This document shows, piece after piece, positions 50,509 to 64,000 of a stretch of 64,000 nucleotides of DNA; the stretch's first letter is position 1, and every line of letters starts with the position of its first letter. The translations under genes and the position numbers were made by a program. Origin of the DNA: Laetmonice hystrix (taxonomy: Eukaryota); the NCBI GenBank assembly GCA_965235115.1, contig OZ249441.1:35774001-35838000 (forward strand), in the 5' to 3' direction. The notes under the pieces are model-generated. The model was not told where the DNA came from. It saw only the letters and a program-made list of their open reading frames with translations, and ran no database searches.

Positions 50509-53500
50509 ATAGCAAATCTATAAAATGATAGTGGGACTATAATGGCCCATCCGCCGATCGTGTGAAAAGGGTGCAAAACACAGCCGGCTGCAAATCCCGG
50601 GGTCTCGGAATCTAAGTGTGTCATTTTCAGTGACTGAATTAAGAATTAGCGATTTTTTTTTTACAAAATACCGGCCAAAGCTACATAAACAGGTAGGGGA
50701 CCTCTGGGGCATATCGGAGAACCGCATTGCAGACATATTTTTGCTGAAACACGACGTATTATTTGAAATTCGCTACATATTACCTTTAACATCAAGTCGG
50801 TATAGCCTATAGCCTACTTTCAATTTCTCAGTTCGCAAGAAGTGCCACCTACTGGTATTTGGGAGAACGACGCTGTCCGAAATGACCCACTGTCCGAAAT
50901 TGCCCCTCCACAAGCGATAGGGCCCATAGCTAACCATGGTATAGTGCCTTTTACCTGCAACCACCTAATTCCCACAAAGTCTGTGTGCTAAAAGTAATCC
51001 CCGATAGAAACTGACAGTTGACCTTAAGCCGACTGCCTCCATCTTTCTGCAGTCACTGCTGTGAGACCTTATGAAAATGGCGTCGCTAGAGCCTACCCCA
51101 TTCCCCATCACCGTATTTGTCAACCATCTTCACCGACAATGGGTAGATATCTACTGGTGAACTCGGCCTATGGTGACCTCGGACCATGGTGATCTCGGCC
51201 CATGTCGATTACATGACTCATAGTCAGGTGGTCAAGTCAACGGGCGGCACTCGCCCATGTTCCCGATACGGCAGTGCACTGGGGGCGGTCTTTAGACAGG
51301 GCCAGACATGCCAATTTGGTCGATCGACAACACAGTGAAAAATCTCTTACCGGGCGCTTAAAAGAATAGAAATTCGTCCCAATACTGTCCAACGCATGAA
51401 ATGATGGCTAAAAACTATTATACGGAGAATTGTCAACTGGAGAATGAAAAGTAATCTACACTTGGGACATGGCGCGCAAGGAACACAGCGTCGGGTTACC
51501 GTTCTGTGGAGTTGCTGCAGTTCACAGCAGCACACCCACGCTGTTGGATCGATCTGGAGTATTAGTGTGGGCAAGCAGTACTAATGTGAAGATTAATAAG
51601 TACTTGTGTGGGATCCACGACTCCTGAGATAAGTTGGAGACCAAAAATGCCATCTAAACTGGTATAAACCTAGCAGATTTGGACACAAACTTATGTCCAT
51701 ACACAATAAGAATATCTTTGTAATCTATATGTGTAACTTTAATGACCTGACAGCTTGTAGTCTGAGCTGCTACGTCTGCACTTCGTGTCAGCTATAAGGA
51801 TTTCCATGCAAGTCTTGCATAAAAACAATCAAATTCGACAACGGTTTTAATTGTGCAGGAATCACATTACTGTCACTTACTTAAAGGAAATCTGTCCGAA
51901 AATTGAAATAAACGCAGTCAATTCAACAAAACTTGAGTAAAAACAATTATGTTAAGGGGTTTCTAGCAGTCTGGTGCCATGGCGCGTCCATACCGACAAT
52001 ATTTTTAATTAATTAATTAAGCGTTTACCTATTTGGCTACAGACGAGAGCACGCGAATCAAATCATGCCCTTATTTGGATTATGGGCATGGGCCCAATCC
52101 CGTTTCTATAGTAACGAGCGCCATGACCGTTAGCCTCGAGGAGCGGCAGTGTTCTAGGTTCTCAGTCCATTGAGATGAAAAAAATGGGATGTATCGCATC
52201 ATTATGGCTCATAATCAACAACAGACCTAACACAACAATGTTAGGATTATGATAGAATGTTTTATCAGTCCAGTGGGATAGATTCAAGATCAGGTAAGCT
52301 TGAAATACGCGGATTCGTAGGACATGGGGACACCGCTCCAACAAAACATGGCGGCTCTAGGGTGATCGATTACCTTTAATTGTATATGACTTCATCTGAA
52401 TTAAAATAAATATTAGTAAAGCATTAGTAGGCTTCTAATCAAGACAAAAAATAAGCACCCTTCTTTCCAACGTGCATGCCAGTATGCGTGTGGGATAGAA
52501 AACAGTACTCTTGTCTGTCTCATGCTCTTGAATTAGAGTTTTAGACGTATAAGCCTACATAATCCCTGAGATACACCGTCAGTGTTAAAATTAATTCAAA
52601 ATAAGTAGGCTATAGCCGTGTATAGGCTTAATTAGTGAAGCTAAAGGGGGGCATGTGCCCCCTATGCCCCCTCCCCCCCTCTGGATCCGCCTTTGATATG
52701 GGAATGTATAAGGTAGCTGGATTTTTGCGTTTCGCTCTGTAGCCTACATGTTGTAGGCTACTCTCACGATTCTGGCTATCTGATAAGGTTTTAATAATGT
52801 CAGGTCTGCCAGCCAAAAGAGACCTCTAAAGTCAGACGATTTTATCAGATGTTCTTTCACAAAGAGTGGACAAAAACTGGTATATTAATGATAACAATGA
52901 AACTATAAGCACCTGTTGTGGTCCCAGTCCATGCTAGCAGTCTATGCCGAAGATGACTGATTGTCAATGAAAAAACCTCCCTATGATGAGGTGATCTTCC
53001 AATTCTTATCAACACGTTATTCCCTGGGTTCAAGTGTCATTGACCTATTGATCAGGTTGGTCCGTTGAGCTGATACGGAGTGAAATCACGCAAACTCGGA
53101 AGAGAGGCAGTTGGGGTTTGGTACACAGAATGATGTACCTCACCCATGAAACGAAATCTCCGTCCGCAGAATGAACTGAACATATAAAACAACGTTGTCA
53201 CATCCGATGAAGTCTTTTGCCTCGCCACTCTTAACTCCGCTGGACGTCCAAGTCATCTGAAAGGAAGCTCACTGAAGCAGTTCGAAAGAAGCGTCTGCCC
53301 ACATCACGGATTACTAAGGTCACGACGCGATTATAGTGCGGTCTTAAATAACCCAATGACTTAAAGGGCGGTCGCTATCTCTGATCGGACGACACACGGA
53401 CAAGGAACGTCCACTTCAATGTGCCGTTTTAGAGCATGACGATCAGCCGAGGAGAACAACGAACTTTAGAGACTTGCATCGTCCAAATCTCTCAACGATC

Positions 53501-54003
53501 TTTATGGTATTATTCACAATTACGCCGTTACGTTTTTCTAAGGTTGGAGTGAGGATAAAACTATACTTAGAAGGAACAGTTAAAAGAAAGTCAGGAATGA
53601 CTAGATCTATTTGCCCAGATGCCAAAGTCAAACGGTAAACCGTAAATTGTTTATGCTTCTTTTTCTTCGTTCTCAAAAGTAAGATGATGGCGAAGATAAG
53701 AAATGTGCATGCAACCAGACGCCAAACGACCCTAGAAGGTCACCTGTCCAGGTATAACGATTTCAAGTTCCCCCACATACACCGGTGTCACCTTCCAGAG
53801 AAAAATCTGCTATAAACAAAAATGTCCTTTCACTGACGTACCTAGGGTATGGCAGGTATATGGCACCTGTCCTGGGTGCCACTGGAAGGGCGCGGCGCTA
53901 CTGAGCAGTTTCTATTAAAGTCAGACAAGCTAATAAAAAATGGGATGGCCAGATCACGTGGGGGGAGGGCTCTTCATTTCAGCCAGAATCTGATCTCCAG
54001 CCC

Positions 54004-54152
54004 CCTGGCCCCGGTTTCAAGAAACTGATTTGGATGGTCAAATTTGACTACCGGAGTCAAAACCTAATCCGATTGGTCAAATCCGTATTTGACCCAGGTT
54101 TTGACTAGGGGTTTGACCACCCAAATCAGTTTCTTGATAAACCGGGGTCAGG
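54004..54152. mobile_element. Small palindromic MITE
   Basis: cctggccccggtttcaagaaactgatttgg / ccaaatcagtttcttgataaaccggggtcagg TIRs. Confidence 0.75.
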
Positions 54153-54600
54153 ATTCCCGTTTAATATACAGCTCGGGCCTCCAGTGCTCGCGGGACACCA
54201 CACACCAGCCACTCTCAGCCCCCCCCCCCCAACAAACAATTCCTACACGCCTCCTCTTTATCTTCAGGTAGGCCCTATTCTGAAAGGTACCTTTCATCAT
54301 AAATCCCTTTTATATAATCTATATGTGACAGGGAAAAGAAAAACAGGTCAGACTTTAAGCGATCGTTTTATGGCTGGTTGTTGACAAAACCGTTGACCTG
54401 GCATCGTCATATATCATGGTGACTTGGGTGTATTTCAGGAGAAAGTGTGACCACTGCGTCCACAGCGACACTTCCAATCCAAGAACAGTGGACGCAATCA
54501 GCAGGCGATTTCTGGTTGTACTCGAGTTTCCCGCTGTGCCTGGGCGCTATAGATGTACGGGCATCGCTCGAAATGGCGACGACAGATCGAACTGACTTAC

Positions 54601-54871
54601 AGACCGTCAGGAGGCTAGGTTAGACTGTCAAGGTAGATGACATAAACCTTTTAAGAAATCGTACGTAAACGTTGTTTTCAAGAAAGTATCGATAGCGTGA
54701 AATTCGCAACTTCTTCTTCAGCTGAAATAATTCTCCTGTGTCTAGCTCTCAGCATCGTGTTCGTGCCATTGAACTTTTCCGGTTGTTCCATTTAAAGCGA
54801 CAGTCTCGTCCTTCAGCACTGTGCGATAGGCTGGCCATCCTAACGGTCGATGTGCTATTTATAGACGTCAA
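54601..54871 (-). promoter_or_regulatory. Putative promoter and non-coding first exon on - strand (possibly of the SLC16 gene)
   Basis: Minus strand reads TGACGTC-TATAAATA (TATA at 54863-54856); GTAAGT donor at 54600. Linkage to SLC16 (acceptor near 48092) is inference. Confidence 0.35.
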
Positions 54872-56625
54872 TTCCTGTGCTAGAGCATAGCATACTCGTA
54901 GTTATCAAATAGGCCACTAGGTGGCTGCGAGCAATGTCGAGGCTGTCGCTTTAAGAGATACGGAGCGAAAGTATGCAAACAAAGTGAGGCAGATTGGGTA
55001 GGGGTTATTTGAAATGGGGAAATATTATTGAGCCTCACCTGTAAAACAACATGGCAGAAACTTTGTCTGTAGAATGAAATGAACACGTCCACCCTCACTC
55101 CCGTATCAGTCTCCACTCCCCTCCACTTCCAGGAAAGTTCATCGAATCTCTTATTGTGGCATTTCAAGCGATTATCGCGATGACGACCGCGATTATAGCG
55201 CGACCTTTAATCAAACTTCCGCTGGTTTTACAGGCAATGCTGTACACGTAAGTGTAGGTGTACACGTAGGTGTAGGTGTATAGGTGTAGGTGTAGGTGTA
55301 GGTGTAGACCACAATCCCTATCTGTGCTCATCATATCACACCCAGATCAGAACGTGTGCATCAATCAACTGTTTTAGAGCATGACGCCTTGTCAAGGTGA
55401 GCTAAGAGCATAAATTATCTACCTATCAATAGGAAGAGATACCCAACTCACGAAATGTCGTGGTGTCGCTTAGTTTGGCAGAGGGACGCCTACATTTAGT
55501 CCACTTACCTCTTAATTAAAAAGCAGTAATTTAGTCTAACGATTAATTAAATTGGAGAGTGCGATCAACTGCATGCATCAAAAATAAGCACTAGGCCTAA
55601 TTCTATAGACTGGGTCAGACTGAGAGGTGTCAAGTGACACTTTTCAATTTCAAAACTAATGTCAACTGTAGGTTTTTTCCCTCTTTTTTTAAACTTGCAA
55701 GTGGAGCACTTGTCTGAAGTTGGATGAGCTCAGTGCCGTATTATACACAGGGCTGGCAAGGCTGAAACCTACGGACCCACCACTTGTCGTCTGAAGTTGG
55801 ATGAGCTCAGTGCCGTATTATACACAGGGCTGGCAAGGCTGAAGCCTACGGACCCACCAAAAGCAGGTACCCATAGGCGCGGATCGGGGGGGGGGGGGGT
55901 CCGAGTCCGGACCCCCCCCCCCCTGCTCAGGACTTAGGTTTTTGCAATGTTATCGGGAAATTGCCCCAGACCATTGCCCCCAACACGTTCAACACGTGAT
56001 ATCGATGTTTACTACCGCCGACGTTTGTACCGGAAGGGATTTCCCAAGCTAAACATAGCACAGCCAATAGGATTAAAATATCACCCAGCCAATCACAGTC
56101 CTTGTATGAACACAGAAATATCCCGTCAGGAAGCGAATTTATTGATACTTTTTATACATGTAGTAAACATAGGCCTATTGAAGGATTCCAGAAAAACAGT
56201 GCCACGGGTTATGACAAAAAACGCTGCCATCGTCAAAGTTATCAGCTTAAGTGGTAATAACGAGTTAATGACGTCACTAAATGGTAATTTCGAGACCACC
56301 ACAATTTTTTTTCTCTTCATGTCCCCAACAGGGCTCCGTATGAAATGCCTGTGTCACCTAATTTATGTCTTCCTTGACCAATCTCAGGTGTCTGCCAACT
56401 GCCTCAGTGTTTTTGACACGTCTTCGGAAGTGATTGGGACCTCTTCTAGGCCTATCAACAATCACAGCCACAACACAAAATGGGACGAAGATCATGGATG
56501 AAGCAGTAACACCAGCTGTGAACTGTTTCTGGGGTTAACGCTTAGAGATTAGTGTTAACACTTGCAAATTACCCTGGACAGATGTAGTGGTCAAACACCA
56601 AGTTAACACCAGTGTTTGGTGTTCC

Positions 56626-58324
56626 AGCAGATGTTAGTGTTACGCCAACACTCACTAACTCTGACTGTAAACTGAGATCCCACCGACACCTGGTGTTACC
56701 ACCAATCATTTTATTTCTGGTGTCCTAGCAGGGGTTAGTGTTACACCAACATTCACTAACTCTGGCTCTGGACTCAGATCACACCAACACCTGGTGTTAC
56801 CACCAATCATTTTATTTCTGGTGTCCTAGCAGGGGTTAGTGTTAGACCAACACTCACTAACTCTGTAAACTGAGATCACACCAACACCTGGTGTTACCAC
56901 CAATCATTATTTCTGGTGTCCTAGCAGGGGTTAGTGTTACACCAACACTCACTAACTCTGGCTTTGGACTCAGATCACACCAACACCTGGTGTTACTACC
57001 AATCATTTTATTTCTAGTGTCCTAGCAGGGGTTAGTGTTACACCAACACTCTCTGGCTCTGGACTCAGATCACACCAACACCTGGTGTTACCACCAATCA
57101 TTTTATTTCTGGTGTCCTAGCAGGGGTTAGTGTTACACCAACACTCACTAACTCTGGCTTTGGACTCAGATCACACCAACACCTGGTGTTACCACCACTC
57201 ATTTTATTTCTGGTGTCCTAGCAGGGGTTAGTGTTACACCAACACTCATTAACTCTGGCTCTGGACTCAGATCACACCAACACCTGGTGTTACCACCAAT
57301 CATTTTATTTCTAGTGTCCTAGCAGGGGTTAGTGTTACACCAACATTCACTAACTCTGGCTCTGGACTCAGATCACACCAACACCTGGTGTTACCACCAA
57401 TCATTTTATTTCTGGTGTCCTAGCAGGGGTTAGTGTTACACCAACACTCTCTGGCTCTGGACTCAGATCACACCAACACCTGGTGTTACCACCAATCATT
57501 TTATTTCTAGTGTCCTAGCAGGGGTTAGTGTTACACCAACACTCTCTGGCTCTGGACTCAGATCACACCAACACCTGGTGTTACCACCAATCATTTTATT
57601 TCTGGTGTCCTAGCAGGGGTTAGTGTTACACCAACACTCACTAACTCTGGCTCTGGACTCAGATCACACCAACACCTGGTGTTACCACCAATCATTTTAT
57701 TTCTAGTGTCCTAGCAGGGGTTAGTGTTACACCAACATTCACTAACTCTGGCTCTGGACTCAGATCACACCAACACCTGGTGTTACCACCAATCATTTTA
57801 TTTCTGGTGTCCTAGCAGGGGTTAGTGTTACACCAACACTCACTAACTCTGGCTCTGGACTCAGATCACACCAACACCTGGTGTTACCACCAATCATTTT
57901 ATTTCTAGTGTCCTAGCAGGGGTTAGTGTTACACCAACACTCTCTGGCTCTGGACTCAGATCACACCAACACCTGGTGTTACCACCAATCATTTTATTTC
58001 TGGTGTCCTAGCAGGGGTTAGTGTTACACCAACACTCTCTGGCTCTGGACTCAGATCACACCAACACCTGGTGTTACCACCAATCATTTTATTTCTAGTG
58101 TCCTAGCAGGGGTTAGTGTTACACCAACACTCACTAACTCTGGCTTTGGACTCAGACCACACCAACACCTGGTGTTACCACCAATCATTTTATTGCTAGT
58201 GTCCTAGCAGGGGTTAGTGTTACACCAACACTCACTAACTCTGGCTTTGGACTCAGACCACACCAACACCTGGTGTTACCACCAATCATTTTATTGCTAG
58301 TGTCCTAGCAGGGGTTAGTGTTAC
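56626..58324. repeat. ~101-bp satellite (94-bp variants), ~17 copies, downstream of guanylyl cyclase stop
   Basis: agcaggggttagtgttacaccaacactcactaactctggctctggactcagatcacaccaacacctggtgttaccaccaatcattttatttctggtgtcct. Confidence 0.97.
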
Positions 58325-58646
58325 ATTAGCACTGAACACCGTATTTTCACACCAGATTTGAAATCACTCAATGTCACCTCTTATTCGTTACATTTCCTAT
58401 TCAATTTATTTTAACGGAGAAAACGTAACGGAAAACTGAACAACTTTGAATCACAACGAAGGGAAAACGAAATTCAACTTCGAATCATACCGCCTTTTCA
58501 TAAAGTTGCGATATTTTCCTTTAAGATACTAATGACCTTTACAACAAAGTGTGTTTAAAATAAGCCTGGAACATTCATGGAAGTGTTCACAGGATGTGTT
58601 CCCGTCTTCCTCTTCCAGCCAGGTACTTGGTACTGGGCTCTGTTCT

Positions 58647-62843
<4,197 letters not shown>

Positions 62844-63305
62844 CTGGAAATACCGAATGTGTGAACCGTATGTACACGCCGGGCCATAGGCGGGGGTGGG
62901 GTGGGGGCGGGGTAGCGTGTGGGGGGGGGGGCGAATCCCCCCCCCCCCCCCAAACAGGTTTGTCATGACGCTTCAATAACCTTGCCTGATTGGCCGGCGA
63001 GATCTAGTTGTGTTTTCTTGCAAATTTGTTAAAAAAGGTTAGGGATAGGGATATTAGAAAACTGAAACTCTTTGGTATTTAGGGTTCGTTGGGGATAGGG
63101 ATAGTTATATTACAACACATGTGAGAGCAGCTATCTGTCGCGTGCCTCCCACTTGGCGCCTATGACGTCATGACGAATTTGATTGGACGAAATCTAAGTA
63201 AATGGCAAACCTGTTTGGGAAAAACTAATTTGTGGGAGCGTGCCGGCAGGTAGGTAGAACCATGGTGAAAACTGATACGTATGACGTAATAAGTAAATAA
63301 TAATA

Positions 63306-64000
63306 ACAGCTCTGTGTCCGGACTTACTTGAAACCAATATCTGTATATACCTACACACAAACAGCTCTGTGTCCGGACTTACTTGAAACCAATATCTGTA
63401 TATACCTACACACAAACAGCTCTGTGTCCAGACTTACTTGAAACCAATATCTGTATATACCTACACACAAACAGCTCTGTGTCTGGACTTACTTGAAACC
63501 AATATCTGTATATACCTACACACAAACAGCTCTGTGTCCAGACTTACTTGAAACCAATATCTGTATATACCTACACACAAACAGCTCTGTGTCCGGACTT
63601 ACTTGAAACCAATATCTGTGTATACCTACACACAAACAGCTCTGTGTCCGGACTTACTTGAAACCAATATCTGTATATACCTACACACAAACAGCTCTGT
63701 GTCTGGACTTACTTGAAACCAATACATGTCTACCTACACACAAACAGCTCTGTGTCCGGACTTACTTGAAACCAATACATGTATACCTACACACAAACAG
63801 CTCTGTGTCCGGACTTACTTGAAACCAATATCTGTATATACCTACACACAAACAGCTCTGTGTCCAGACTTACTTGAAACCAATATCTGTATATACCTAC
63901 ACACAAACAGCTCTGTGTCCAGACTTACTTGAAACCAATATCTGTATATACCTACACACAAACAGCTCTGTGTCCGGACTTACTTGAAACCAATACCTGT
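63306..64000 (-). repeat. 55-bp minisatellite, >=12 copies (runs off window), each with AG-23 nt-GTAAGT on the cyclase sense strand
   Basis: Minus-strand unit ttgtgtgtag|gtatatacagatattggtttcaa|gtaagtccggacacagagctgt. Confidence 0.95.

Noticed and set aside
55947-56501. 184-aa plus-strand ORF
   Set aside because: TTG/ATG start in a repeat flank, no domain, composition looks non-coding.
56626-58324. CRISPR-like or telomeric array
   Set aside because: No unique spacers, no cas genes, eukaryotic context; only one GGGTTAG per unit.

Overview
Intron-rich, repeat-dense metazoan (invertebrate-like) genomic DNA; nothing prokaryotic. Four spliced protein-coding genes could be assembled by hand with consistent GT-AG sites and phases. 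(1) A 9-exon phosphoenolpyruvate mutase (PEP mutase, first step of phosphonate C-P bond biosynthesis) on + at 24951-31665, with a mitochondrial-presequence-like N-terminal extension. (2) A 4-exon SHIPPO-repeat/ODF3-like gene on + at 36655-42074. (3) A 6-coding-exon SLC16/MCT-family MFS transporter on - at 43472-47758. (4) The 3' seven exons of a receptor-type guanylyl cyclase on - at 58647-62843, continuing past the window end. The rest is minisatellites, MITEs (TTAA/Kolobok-like, Tc1/mariner-like, hairpin types), a decayed L2/CR1 LINE and a Helitron2/Helentron remnant. Most long ORFs in the supplied track are repeat artefacts. The most unusual signals are tandem duplications centred on functional junctions (x7 and x3 splice acceptors, x3 start codon, >=12 acceptor-23 nt-donor units) and a 38-nt antisense copy of an SLC16 splice acceptor 10 kb away. 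The first ~17 kb has no gene I can name.
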